Made by a program: the position numbers and the translations under genes. Source: Dehalococcoidia bacterium (GTDB taxonomy: Bacteria > Chloroflexota > Dehalococcoidia > Lucifugimonadales > UBA3495). From it: a stretch of 64,000 bases of DNA. Every line of letters begins with the position of its first letter. The first letter of the stretch is position 1. Where the stretch lies: the NCBI GenBank assembly GCA_963666865.1, contig OY763072.1, positions 2,647,356-2,711,355 on the forward strand, given 5' to 3'. The notes under the pieces are model-generated. The model did no database searches, had not been told where the DNA came from, and was given only the letters and a program-made list of their open reading frames with translations. This document shows positions 47,286-56,359 of the stretch, piece after piece.

Positions 47286-49355
47286 TTACAGGTTGATCAA
47301 ATTTGGCGCCGCCACGAATGCCGGGGCAAACACCAAGGACACTATCGCCATCAGCTTGAGCAGGATGTTCAGGCTGGGGCCGGAGGTGTCCTTGAACGGG
47401 TCGCCCACCACGTCGCCTTCCACCGCTGCCTTGTGAGCGTCCGAACCCTTGCCGCCGTAGTTGCCCAGCTCGACGTACTTCTTGGCGTTGTCCCAGGTGC
47501 CGCCGGCCGAGGCCATCATGATGGCCAGCATGAACCCGGCCGATACCGAACCGATGAGCAGTCCTCCCAGCGCGGCCTCACCCAGGATGAAGCCGGTGGC
47601 AATGGGGGCGATCACCGCCATCACGCCGGGGAGAATCATCTCCCGCAGCGCCCCTCTGGTGCTGATGTCAACGCACCGCGCCGAGTCAGGTCGCGCGTTC
47701 CCTTCCATCAGCCCCGGGATCTCGCGGAACTGTCGGCGCACTTCGTCAACGATGCCTTGCGCAGCGCGACCCACCGCCTGCATGGTAAGGGCGGAGAAGA
47801 TGAACGGCAGCATCGCGCCGATCACCAGCCCAACGAGGATCTGCGGCTGCAGCAGGTTGATGCCTGAGCCGCCGGCCGCCAACCGGCCATCGGATCCCAG
47901 AGTAATAAGCCCGGCGCTCACCGAATACGCCGCCAGCAGCGCCAGCGCCGTCAGCGCGGCCGAGCCTATGGCGAACCCCTTGCCGGTGGCGGCGGTGGTG
48001 TTCCCCAGGGCGTCCAGGGCGTCGGTGCGTTCGCGGACCTGGGGCTCCAGTTCCGCCTGCTCGGCGATGCCGCCGGCGTTGTCGGCCACCGGCCCGTAGG
48101 CGTCGGTCGCCAGTGTGATGCCCAGCGTGGACAGCAACCCCACGCCGGCCAACGCGACGCCGTAGAACCCGGCGAACCAGTAGGCCAGCAGGATGGCCAC
48201 CGAAACGCAGATGACGGGGATCAGAGTGCTGAGCATCCCCGTAGCGATGCCGCTGATTATCACCGTGGCCGCGCCGGTCTGAGAGGACTCCGAAACCCGC
48301 TGGGTCGGCTTGTAGCTGTACGACGTATAGTATTCGGTGGCTAGGCCGATGATTGTTCCTGCCACCAGGCCGGCGACCACGCAGCCAAACCACCACCAGT
48401 TGCCGGTGAGGGTTATGGTCAGAATGGCGGCGAAGACAATCAGCAGACCGCCGGCGGCAAAGATGCCGTACCGCAACGCCCAGAGCAGCCGCTCGAAATC
48501 GGCCTGCTCGCCGCTCCGCACCACGAAGGTTCCCAGGATGGCGGCGATGATGCCGGCGCCGGCCAGCAGCATCGGGAAAACCGCGTCATCGCCGAATACG
48601 GCAAAGGCCGTCGTGCTCGCGGCGGCCAACGCGACGGCGGAAATGATGCTGCCCACGTAGGACTCGAACAGGTCAGCCCCCATGCCGGCAACGTCGCCCA
48701 CGTTGTCGCCCACATTGTCGGCGATGACGCCGGGGTTGCGCGGGTCGTCTTCGGGAATGCCCGCTTCAACCTTCCCCACCAGGTCGGAACCAACGTCAGC
48801 GGCCTTGGTGAAGATCCCTCCGCCCACGCGGGCGAACAGGGCGATGGAGCTGGCTCCGAAGCCGAAACCGGCCACCGCGCTGATGTTCTGGAAGATGATG
48901 TAGAGTATCGTCACCCCGAGCAGGCCGATGCCCACCACGGTCACGCCCATCACGGTGCCGCTGGAGAAGGCCACGCGCAGCGCGGGGTTCAGGCCCCGCA
49001 TGGCGGCGGCCGCGGTTCGCACGTTGGCCCGAACCGCCACGTTCATTCCCACGAACCCGGCCAGGCCGGAGCAGATGGTGCCCACCAGATATGAGATTGC
49101 CGTGGCCGGCACGCTCAGGCCGTGGGTGAACACCGTGTAGTCGAGCACGCCCAGGACCACCGCCACCACGATGACGAAGGGCAGCAGGGACATGTACTCC
49201 CGGCGCAGAAAGGCCGACGCTCCGCTGCGTATGGCGTCGCCAATCTCGGTCATGCGCGCATTGCCCGCGTCCGCGCCGATAACTCGGAAGGCCATCAACG
49301 CCGCGAACGCCAAGGCGATCACCCCCGCCGCCAGGGCGACAATTATTGATTCCAT
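47286..49355 (-). CDS. hppA: membrane-bound proton/sodium-translocating pyrophosphatase
   Basis: 689 aa, polytopic. [18 protein letters not shown] and DNAGGIAE motifs. Confidence 0.93.
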   Translation of the reverse strand: MESIIVALAAGVIALAFAALMAFRVIGADAGNARMTEIGDAIRSGASAFLRREYMSLLPFVIVVAVVLGVLDYTVFTHGLSVPATAISYLVGTICSGLAGFVGMNVAVRANVRTAAAAMRGLNPALRVAFSSGTVMGVTVVGIGLLGVTILYIIFQNISAVAGFGFGASSIALFARVGGGIFTKAADVGSDLVGKVEAGIPEDDPRNPGVIADNVGDNVGDVAGMGADLFESYVGSIISAVALAAASTTAFAVFGDDAVFPMLLAGAGIIAAILGTFVVRSGEQADFERLLWALRYGIFAAGGLLIVFAAILTITLTGNWWWFGCVVAGLVAGTIIGLATEYYTSYSYKPTQRVSESSQTGAATVIISGIATGMLSTLIPVICVSVAILLAYWFAGFYGVALAGVGLLSTLGITLATDAYGPVADNAGGIAEQAELEPQVRERTDALDALGNTTAATGKGFAIGSAALTALALLAAYSVSAGLITLGSDGRLAAGGSGINLLQPQILVGLVIGAMLPFIFSALTMQAVGRAAQGIVDEVRRQFREIPGLMEGNARPDSARCVDISTRGALREMILPGVMAVIAPIATGFILGEAALGGLLIGSVSAGFMLAIMMASAGGTWDNAKKYVELGNYGGKGSDAHKAAVEGDVVGDPFKDTSGPSLNILLKLMAIVSLVFAPAFVAAPNLINL

Positions 49356-49444
49356 TCTCTCCTCTCCGTTTTCCGGTTAAAAATCCCGACAAACATTGCG
49401 AAACTAGCACACGCCCTTTTAGGTGTCAATGAACAAGCCTTCCA

Positions 49445-50005
49445 TCATTTCGATGCCAGATCCAGGATGTGTGGACTGATCGCCCCATCCCGTATCTCCA
49501 AAATGCCGACAGTGCCCAACGAACCCGGGACGTGGCGACGCCCGGGGTAGGTCGGACTGCCCGGGTTGACGAAAAGCACGTCTTCGCGCCATTCCGCCAG
49601 CTCTTCGTGGGTGTCGCCGAAGGCGACCACGTCCACCTCGCCGCCAAATTTTCGCTGCAATAACTGGCGCAACCCGGTGTCGGGATAAACTAACCCGGTC
49701 CCGTCCGGCGTGGTAGCGATGGCCGGCGGCGGCCACTGGATGTCATGGACCATCCCGATACGAGCTCCGCCAACCTCTACGATACGCGACACGTCGGCCA
49801 GGCGCTCACCCGGCTCGCGTGGGTCTTCGTATCCGCGCACCGCCAGTACCGGCGCGGCCTGCTCCAGGCAGTCCAAAACCCCGATGCATTCCAGATCGCC
49901 GCAGTGCAGCAGCAGGTCGCAGTCGCCCAGCGCGTCTAGAACCGCCGCGGGCAGGTCCCATCCGCTGCCGGCAGAGTGCGTGTCCGAAATGAGGCCGATC
50001 TTCAC
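49445..50005 (-). CDS. YfcE/MJ0936-type metallophosphoesterase
   Basis: MKIGLISDTH...LLHCGDL...AFGDTH. Confidence 0.75.
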   Translation of the reverse strand: MKIGLISDTHSAGSGWDLPAAVLDALGDCDLLLHCGDLECIGVLDCLEQAAPVLAVRGYEDPREPGERLADVSRIVEVGGARIGMVHDIQWPPPAIATTPDGTGLVYPDTGLRQLLQRKFGGEVDVVAFGDTHEELAEWREDVLFVNPGSPTYPGRRHVPGSLGTVGILEIRDGAISPHILDLASK

Positions 50006-50014
50006 GGCGGTCGA

Positions 50015-51025
50015 TCAGTCCTTCGGAGCCAGCGACTCCAGCGTCCCCAGCATGGTTTCGCGGTCGGAGCCGTGAGGGAACGCCACCAAAGGCATATCCA
50101 CCCCGTTGTTCCGAAACCGGGCCATTTTCTCGCGGCATTCATCAGGCGTTCCGATAACGGTGATGTTGTCCACCATTTCGTCGGTGATGGCTTCCGCCGC
50201 TTTGCCCCGGTCTCCCTCTCCCCAGGCCCGGCGCAGCGCGTCGCATTCGTCCTGATAACCATACCGGCAGAACAGGTCGTAGTAATACTGGCCCATTCCG
50301 CCGACGTAAAAGGCCATGTGCACCCGCGCCTGCCTCACTGCCTCCGCAACGGTTTCTTCGTCGTCGCTGGCGCAGCATAGGATTTGCGGCGCGGTGGTAA
50401 TGTCCGAAGCAGAACGCCCGGCTGCATCCGCCGCCTTCGTCAACGGTTCTTTCACCAGCGGCAATTTCTCGCAGTGCGTCCAGATTGGAAGCCATCCGTC
50501 AGCCGCGCGTCCGGTCAGCTCCAAATTCCTCCGTCCCAGCGATGCAACGTAGATGGGAATGCGCTCCTGCACCGGGCGGGCGCCCATGCGAAAGCGTTTC
50601 AGGTTATAAAACCGGCCCTCGTAATTAACCCTGTCGCCGGCCAGCGCCATCCTGATGATGTCAATGTACTCCGCCGTGCGGCCCACCGGGTGGTCGAACT
50701 TCACCCCATGCCAGTCTTCGATGACGATGCGGCCGCTGCTTCCCAAACCCAGGATCGCCCGACCGCCGCTGATCTGGTCCAGGGAGGCGATGCTCTGGGC
50801 GATCAACCCCGGCGTCCGGCTGTACACGGTTACAATGCCCGTGCCCAGGCCGACGCGCTCGGTATGGCACGCCAGCATGGTCAGCACCGTAAAGGCGTCC
50901 CGTCCCCAGGATTCGCCGGTCCAGAACGATTCGTAGCCCAACCGGTCCGCTGCCTGGGCCACCGCAATCAGGTCCGAGTCGTCGTTATTATCCCGGCTGC
51001 TGAAGGTTAATGCGATCCGTTCCAT
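50015..51025 (-). CDS. LLM-class (luciferase-like) flavin/F420-dependent oxidoreductase
   Basis: AADRLGYESFWTGESWGRDAF...GTGIV...GGRAILGLGSSG. Confidence 0.8.
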   Translation of the reverse strand: MERIALTFSSRDNNDDSDLIAVAQAADRLGYESFWTGESWGRDAFTVLTMLACHTERVGLGTGIVTVYSRTPGLIAQSIASLDQISGGRAILGLGSSGRIVIEDWHGVKFDHPVGRTAEYIDIIRMALAGDRVNYEGRFYNLKRFRMGARPVQERIPIYVASLGRRNLELTGRAADGWLPIWTHCEKLPLVKEPLTKAADAAGRSASDITTAPQILCCASDDEETVAEAVRQARVHMAFYVGGMGQYYYDLFCRYGYQDECDALRRAWGEGDRGKAAEAITDEMVDNITVIGTPDECREKMARFRNNGVDMPLVAFPHGSDRETMLGTLESLAPKD

Positions 51026-51041
51026 GATGAAGTGAACGTCC

Positions 51042-51617
51042 TCAGTTGCGGTTTTGCCAGATGTAGTAGGGATCCAGCGATTCGTCGGTCATCGTTTCAC
51101 CCAATGCCTCGCCGGTGGCCGGGAAAGCCCTGGTCTCCAATTCGATCAGCCGACCTAGTTCCCTGGTCCAGTGCTCAACGTCAACGGGGTCCAGCTTTCC
51201 GGCAAGCATATCCGAAAAACCGGACACCACCTGCTCGGAGGGAATGGCCAGCGTCGGACCGGAGATGACGAAAACCACCACTTCGGGCAGGTTTTCCTCG
51301 TCGTGGAAGTCAACCCCCAGACGCTCCAGGATGTAGTGCATCGCCACGCCACGCACCAGGTCGTCAACCTGATTGGGCAGGTGCATCAGATGCAAAAAGG
51401 GCCTCTCGCCCCCTTCCCGCAGCACGCCGGCGAATTCGTTCTCCACGGTCCGGTAGTAGTCATCGGTGAACACGTCTTCCGTGGAGAGCATCCTTACCGA
51501 CGCGGTCAAGCCGCGGGTGTCCACCACCATAAACTCCCGCAGGTGGGGAAAGATCGCCAGAGTGATTTCAGGATACTGCCCATTGGGTAGCGGTCCACCG
51601 CTGAGTTCCTGGAACAA
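51042..51617 (-). CDS. hypothetical protein
   Basis: Start set at TTG 51617 (AAGGAG 6 nt upstream). The longer track ORF begins inside repeat 51645-51674 (PPYRVRG artefact). Confidence 0.5.
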   Translation of the reverse strand: MFQELSGGPLPNGQYPEITLAIFPHLREFMVVDTRGLTASVRMLSTEDVFTDDYYRTVENEFAGVLREGGERPFLHLMHLPNQVDDLVRGVAMHYILERLGVDFHDEENLPEVVVFVISGPTLAIPSEQVVSGFSDMLAGKLDPVDVEHWTRELGRLIELETRAFPATGEALGETMTDESLDPYYIWQNRN

Positions 51618-51644
51618 AGCTGTGCTCCTTGTGCCGACGCGCCC

Positions 51645-51674
51645 ACTGCCATTGCGACCCCGTACTCGATACGG
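51645..51674. repeat. partial B-type dispersed repeat (GACCCCGTACTCGATACGGGGGCGGCAATC)
   Basis: Core hairpin CCCCGTA-CTCGA-TACGGGG, shared with 14466, 30070 and 58207. Confidence 0.6.
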
Positions 51675-51703
51675 GGGCGGCAATCTCGTTCCCGATACTG
51701 GCG

Positions 51704-52465
51704 TCAGCGGTTGGCCAACTGCCGCACGGCGCCGGCGACGCCGGAAAGATCATCCACCGCCGCATCCGCCTGGCTGTCGGGATCGTCTGGATCTTCCGGT
51801 TCGTAAAACCCGCGAATCCAGATTGATTTCATCCCCACTCGGTTCGCTCCAACCACGTCGTTAGCCACGTGGTCGCCGACGTGGATGGTCCCTTGCGGTG
51901 TTGAACCCAGCGAATTCATCGTCATCATAAAAATTTCGTCAGACGGTTTCGCCAGCAAAACCTCATCGGAAAAAGTCAGGGTGTCAAAGAAACCCAGCAG
52001 GTCGTGCCTCCGCAGAAACTCTCGGAAGGTGTAACCCGGGGTCATGCCGGTGTTGGAAATCAGGCCGATCCTGAGTCCCAGATTGTGAACCGACTCCAGA
52101 GTGTCACGGGTGGCTTCGTGGAAACGGGGCGGGTAGTCGAAAAAGGATTCGGCGTAGATGCGCTCGATTTCGGCGATGGTGGGTTCGGGCAAACGCGCCA
52201 CCAGCCCGTCCTCAATCAGGTTGATGAAAATCTCCACTTGGGTGCGAAAACTCACGTCCTTGTTGGTATTGCGCACCTCGCGGCAGGCTCGATAGCAGCC
52301 TCGGTACGCCTCCCGAATGTGGTCCGGGTCGAAATCCGCCCCCTGCCCGGCCAGCAAATCGCGAGCGCCGTCCAGCCGCACTTGCGCGCGTTTCAGCCCA
52401 AGCTCCCGGTTGTCCAGGATGAGCGTTTGCCAGAGATCGAAGGTGACGGCGATGATGTCAGCCAC
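51704..52465 (-). CDS. HAD-family hydrolase
   Basis: AVTFDLWQTL (DxW variant of motif I) ... ISNTG ... HVGDHVANDVVGA. Confidence 0.7.
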   Translation of the reverse strand: MADIIAVTFDLWQTLILDNRELGLKRAQVRLDGARDLLAGQGADFDPDHIREAYRGCYRACREVRNTNKDVSFRTQVEIFINLIEDGLVARLPEPTIAEIERIYAESFFDYPPRFHEATRDTLESVHNLGLRIGLISNTGMTPGYTFREFLRRHDLLGFFDTLTFSDEVLLAKPSDEIFMMTMNSLGSTPQGTIHVGDHVANDVVGANRVGMKSIWIRGFYEPEDPDDPDSQADAAVDDLSGVAGAVRQLANR

Positions 52466-52501
52466 GAAAATATCCGATACCTTTGGAGTGCTTGCCGACG
52501 C

Positions 52502-53914
52502 CTACAGCGGCGGTCGCCTGGTGTGCCAATCGTTAGCCTGCTGGTACGCGTAAGCCGCCCGCAACACCGTGTGTTCGTCAAAGTTGCGGCCGGCCAGGTG
52601 CAAGCCCACGGGCAAACCATCGGAGGCAAACCCGCACGGCACCGATATGGCCGGCGACCCGGTGATGTTGTACACCCGGGTGTACTTGGTCAACGACGGC
52701 ACCGCGGGCAACGACTGGCCCGCGATGTCGATGCGTCGTTCCAACAACACGGGCGCCGTAACCGGCTCCACCGGGCCGGCCAGCAGGTCAACGCCCTCCA
52801 GCAGCTCGGCCACCTGTCCGCAGAAAACCTGTCGCGCCTGCTGCGCGCGGAGGTACTCCGCCGCCGAAATGAACAGCCCCTCCTCCAGGCGTTCTCGCAC
52901 CTGCGGATACAACTTGTCCCCGTCGCTCAGAAGCAGATCCCGGTGGGCCGCAGTGGCTTCCGCGCTGAGAATAGCGTTGCTGATGGGCTGTGCATACTCG
53001 TACAGGGGCAGAGAGACGTCCACGATCTCCGCGCCCAGTTCACCGAGTACGCCGATGGCGCGTTGGGTCAGTTCGGCCACTTCCGCGTCGATCTCCGTCT
53101 CAAAGTATTCTCGGACTATGCCGATGCGCAGGCCGCGTACGTCTCCGGTAAGGGCGGTGGTGTAGTCCGGTGCCGGCACGTCAACCGTCGCGTGATCCCT
53201 GGCGTCAACTCCGGCGATAGCATTCATCGCCAATGCTGCGTCCTCCACCGTCCTCGTCATCGGCCCCGGATGGTCCAGACACCACGACAGCGGCGTCAGC
53301 CCGGCCCGGCTCACTCGCCCGTAGGTCGGTTTCAGGCCAACAATCCCGCACAGGGCGGCCGGGATTCTCACGCTGCCGCCGGTGTCGCTCCCCATGGTGA
53401 TGGTGCACTGCCCGGCCGCCGCCGCCGATCCGCTGCCCCCGCTGGACCCGCCGGTGATCCGCTCGGGGTTCCACGGGTTGTGCATGTGTCCGTAATCGGC
53501 GTTCTCCCCCGTGGGGCCGAAGGCCAGCGGGTGCATATTGAGCTTGCCCAGCAGTATGGCTCCGGCCCGGTTGAAACGGGTCGCTACCGTACAGTCTTCA
53601 GTTGGAGTGTAGGTGTCGTAGAGCCGCGTACCCGACGTGGTGCGCACGCCGGCTGTGTTGAACAGGTCCTTCAGGCCCACCGGAATGCCGTGCAGCGGGC
53701 CACGATAGCTGCCCCGGCCAATCTCCTCCTCGGCGCGACGGGCCGCCGCCCGCGCCGGTTCTGCCAGAACGGTGATGAACGAGTTGAGCACGGGTTCGGT
53801 AGATTCAATCCGCGTCAGGCAGGCGTTAATCACTTCAACCGGGGAAACCTGCCGGTCACGTATCAACCCGGACAGTTCCCAGGCTGACATATAGTGGAGT
53901 TCGGATCCCGCCAT
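52502..53914 (-). CDS. amidase (amidase-signature family, GatA/AtzE-like)
   Basis: GIPVGLKD...GGSSGGSGSAAAAG...GSDTGGSVRIPAALCG. Has SWCLDHPGP rather than the GatA-type ASSLDQ. ATG 53914 follows GAGGTG. Confidence 0.8.
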   Translation of the reverse strand: MAGSELHYMSAWELSGLIRDRQVSPVEVINACLTRIESTEPVLNSFITVLAEPARAAARRAEEEIGRGSYRGPLHGIPVGLKDLFNTAGVRTTSGTRLYDTYTPTEDCTVATRFNRAGAILLGKLNMHPLAFGPTGENADYGHMHNPWNPERITGGSSGGSGSAAAAGQCTITMGSDTGGSVRIPAALCGIVGLKPTYGRVSRAGLTPLSWCLDHPGPMTRTVEDAALAMNAIAGVDARDHATVDVPAPDYTTALTGDVRGLRIGIVREYFETEIDAEVAELTQRAIGVLGELGAEIVDVSLPLYEYAQPISNAILSAEATAAHRDLLLSDGDKLYPQVRERLEEGLFISAAEYLRAQQARQVFCGQVAELLEGVDLLAGPVEPVTAPVLLERRIDIAGQSLPAVPSLTKYTRVYNITGSPAISVPCGFASDGLPVGLHLAGRNFDEHTVLRAAYAYQQANDWHTRRPPL

Positions 53915-53940
53915 TATCACCTCTTGGGAATGGCCGGCTG

Positions 53941-54144
53941 CTACCGGCGAACCGGCACGAATGCCGACGGCGATTCCGCGCCGGAAACGTCGATTTCATA
54001 GAGGCGGGACAAACCCTCCCGCATGAGGTTCACGCGCCGCCGTAAATTCTCCATCGCTTCCGTGTCGGAAGTATCCAGGCCGGCCGCTTCAGCCACTCTC
54101 AAAAACCCCGTTTCGGAAAGCGGGGTTTCCCTGTCTGTGGACAT
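53941..54144 (-). CDS. GatC/AtzG-like small protein
   Basis: 67 aa. AEAAGLDTSDTEAMENLRRRVNLMREGLSRLYEIDVSGAESP fits the GatC pattern (LxLseeE...L..l.evD..g.eP). Confidence 0.5.
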   Translation of the reverse strand: MSTDRETPLSETGFLRVAEAAGLDTSDTEAMENLRRRVNLMREGLSRLYEIDVSGAESPSAFVPVRR

Positions 54145-54296
54145 AATTCCTCGCTCGCGCTCCAGGCAGGGTTCTTACCGTCCCGGCGCGACGGCTGCAT
54201 TATGGCGTAACCCGGCACCATTGGCAAATGACCCGCGCGAACGCGGCTATACTTAACGCGAAAAACGCCCACGGGCCATTTCGCAAGCTTTCCATC

Positions 54297-55070
54297 ATGA
54301 TTTCGTACTGTACCAAATGCGGCAAGACGCTGCCGTCCGAGTCAACTGCCTGCGCCGCCTGCGACCCCGTTCTCGACTCACCGCCGGCGCAGTGCATCCA
54401 GGCCCGCCGAGCGAGTTGGGGGTTCGGGCCGGTCGCCCTGGGCGTTATCGCCCTGATCCCGACGGCCCTGCTGGTGGCCTCGTTGGCCCTGCTGATTCCC
54501 CTGCCGGTGGCAACCGTTGTATCGGCGACATTGTTGGGCGGTGCGCAGATCTTCCTGGTCTGGCTGCTGGCGATGCGGACCTGGCCGCCGCCACTGGCCG
54601 CCGTCGGCCTGACGCGCCCCAGGTTATCGTACCGCAGCACGGCGTTTTTCGCCGCCGGCGCCATCGCGGGCAGCCTGTTGTTCGCCCAACTGTACACGAC
54701 GGCGGCAACCGCGCTGGATTGGACTTTCCTGCTGCCCCCGGAGTTGCCGGACGAACTGCTGCTGCCCGGAGCCGCCGCGATCCTGAGCGTCTTGGCCCTG
54801 GCGGTTTTGACGCCCATCGCCGAGGAGATTTTCTTTCGCGGCTTCGTCCAGCGCGGTCTGGTCAACCGGTGGGGACCGGTTCCGGGATTGGTTGTCTCGG
54901 CCGCCGTGTTTTCAGGATTGCATTTCTCGCCGGCAGTGCTCCTGCCGGTGTTCGTCACCGGTCTGCTGCTGGGAGCGCTCTATTGGTACACTCGCTCACT
55001 GTGGCCGTGTATCGCAGTCCACGCCGCCCAAAATTTCGTGGCAGTGCTCACGATAATGCTGAGGCTGTAG
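54297..55070 (+). CDS. CPBP-family intramembrane glutamic endopeptidase with N-terminal zinc ribbon
   Basis: YCTKCGKTLPSESTACAACD, multiple TM segments, EEIFFRGF, FSGLHF, HAAQNF. Confidence 0.75.
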   Translation: MISYCTKCGKTLPSESTACAACDPVLDSPPAQCIQARRASWGFGPVALGVIALIPTALLVASLALLIPLPVATVVSATLLGGAQIFLVWLLAMRTWPPPLAAVGLTRPRLSYRSTAFFAAGAIAGSLLFAQLYTTAATALDWTFLLPPELPDELLLPGAAAILSVLALAVLTPIAEEIFFRGFVQRGLVNRWGPVPGLVVSAAVFSGLHFSPAVLLPVFVTGLLLGALYWYTRSLWPCIAVHAAQNFVAVLTIMLRL

Positions 55071-55137
55071 AAAATTCCTGACCCGACCGAGTGGTAAGAT
55101 AAATCGTCCGACAACGCAACCAACATCGGGGTTTTAC

Positions 55138-55950
55138 ATGGCGACCCAACCTGCTACCACCACCGACCGCATCGCCGCCAAGTTCGCGTCCATCAAGTCT
55201 GAAAATCGCCCTGGCCTGATTCCTTTCGTCACAGTTGGCCATCCATATCCGGATGCCGCCTTGGAGGTAGTGCCACGCCTGGTTGACGCCGGCGCCGACG
55301 TCATCGAGCTGGGCGTTCCCTTCAGCGATCCCATCGGGGAAGGTCCGGTCATCCAGCAATCCAGCTACGTGGCGTTGCAGAACGGCGTGACCACCAGGGA
55401 GTGCCTGGACACGGCCGCAGCTCTGCGCCCTCACGTCGGCGACACCCCTTTGATCCTGATGGGCTACTACAACCCTCTCCTGTCCTACGGCCTGCAACGT
55501 TTCGCCGCCGATTGCGCCGCCGCTACCGTGGACGGTCTCATCATCGTTGATCTTCCCAGCGTAGAGGCCGGTGCCCTGGTCGCCCAAACCGCCCCCTACG
55601 GCATTCACCTGATACCGCTGCTGGCGCCCACGAGTACGGACCAGAGCATCGCCCGGTCGGTGAGCATTGGAGGTGGGTTCGTGTACTGCACCAGCGTGGT
55701 GGGAATCACCGGCGCTCGCTCTGAAGTATCCGGTCGCGGCTTCGATCTGGTTGACCGAGTCCGACAACATACCGACCTTCCCATCACCATCGGTTTCGGC
55801 ATATCGCGCCGGGAGCACGTCCTCGAAGTAGGCAAACGCGCCGATGCCGCCGCGGTGGGAAGTGCCCTCGTCAGCGCACTGGCCGACGGCCCCGACCATG
55901 GCGCGGCGGAGCGCGGTGCCAGAGTTGTCGCCGAACTCGCCGGCCGATGA
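55138..55950 (+). CDS. trpA: tryptophan synthase alpha chain
   Basis: LIPFVTVGHP...IELGVPFSDPIGEGPVIQ...GFVYCTSVVGITG. Confidence 0.9.
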   Translation: MATQPATTTDRIAAKFASIKSENRPGLIPFVTVGHPYPDAALEVVPRLVDAGADVIELGVPFSDPIGEGPVIQQSSYVALQNGVTTRECLDTAAALRPHVGDTPLILMGYYNPLLSYGLQRFAADCAAATVDGLIIVDLPSVEAGALVAQTAPYGIHLIPLLAPTSTDQSIARSVSIGGGFVYCTSVVGITGARSEVSGRGFDLVDRVRQHTDLPITIGFGISRREHVLEVGKRADAAAVGSALVSALADGPDHGAAERGARVVAELAGR

Positions 55951-55989
55951 ATCTCAAAAGGACTTATGCAGTTGAGGGCCTTCACACAC

Positions 55990-56052
55990 GTCATTCCGGC
56001 GAAAGCCGGAATCCAGTAGCGTTTTCTGGACTCCGGCTTTCGCCGGAGTGAC
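55990..56052. repeat. dispersed MITE-like repeat (63 bp, A-arm / spacer / inverted A-arm)
   Basis: GTCATTCCGGCGAAAGCCGGAATCCAGTAGCGTTTTCTGGACTCCGGCTTTCGCCGGAGTGAC. Confidence 0.75.
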
Positions 56053-56094
56053 GGACCTGCTGTTTTGCACAGCCCTGTAATTTGTCAGTATCCG

Positions 56095-56123
56095 TTGACA
56101 ATATCCTCGTGCGGGGTTAGGAT
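56095..56123 (+). promoter_or_regulatory. sigma70-like promoter, TTGACA - 17 nt - TAGGAT
   Basis: TTGACA at 56095-56100 and TAGGAT at 56118-56123. The expected transcription start of about 56130 lies just before the leader ATG. Confidence 0.5.
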
Positions 56124-56132
56124 TTCTGTGCA

Positions 56133-56237
56133 ATGAGTACCGCCTGCCGCCAAATCTCATACGGTTATTACCGCCCCTTCTGGTTTTACGCTTACCGCCG
56201 CCCGGTAGGCGAGCATCCGGCGTGGGAAACCCGTTAA
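56133..56237 (+). CDS. candidate leader peptide MSTACRQISYGYYRPFWFYAYRRPVGEHPAWETR (aromatic-codon run)
   Basis: 34-codon ORF read directly. Of 12 consecutive codons (56160-56195), 8 are Tyr, Phe or Trp. No SD sequence, but the ATG is about 10 nt from the -10 hexamer (leaderless-type). Confidence 0.45.
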   Translation: MSTACRQISYGYYRPFWFYAYRRPVGEHPAWETR

Positions 56238-56260
56238 ACTTGGTGACAACCACTTTGGCA

Positions 56261-56297
56261 GGACTTCAGCCGGATGCAGGCTGAAGTCCTTTTCTTT
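56261..56297 (+). terminator. intrinsic terminator / attenuator upstream of the DAHP synthase gene
   Basis: GGACTTCAGCC (56261-71), a 7-nt loop, GGCTGAAGTCC (56279-89), then TTTTCTTT. Confidence 0.65.
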
Positions 56298-56359
56298 GGG
56301 AAACAGCCTGAACTCACCGGCGCCAGCGGCGAACCTTTCGACAATGGAGGATGAAAAAG

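Noticed and set aside
52004-53887. 627-aa ORF on the + strand, the largest in the track after hppA
   Set aside because: It lies exactly antisense to the amidase gene, which has clear amidase-signature motifs. Its Arg/Gly/Pro/Val-rich, low-information composition is typical of shadow ORFs in high-GC DNA.
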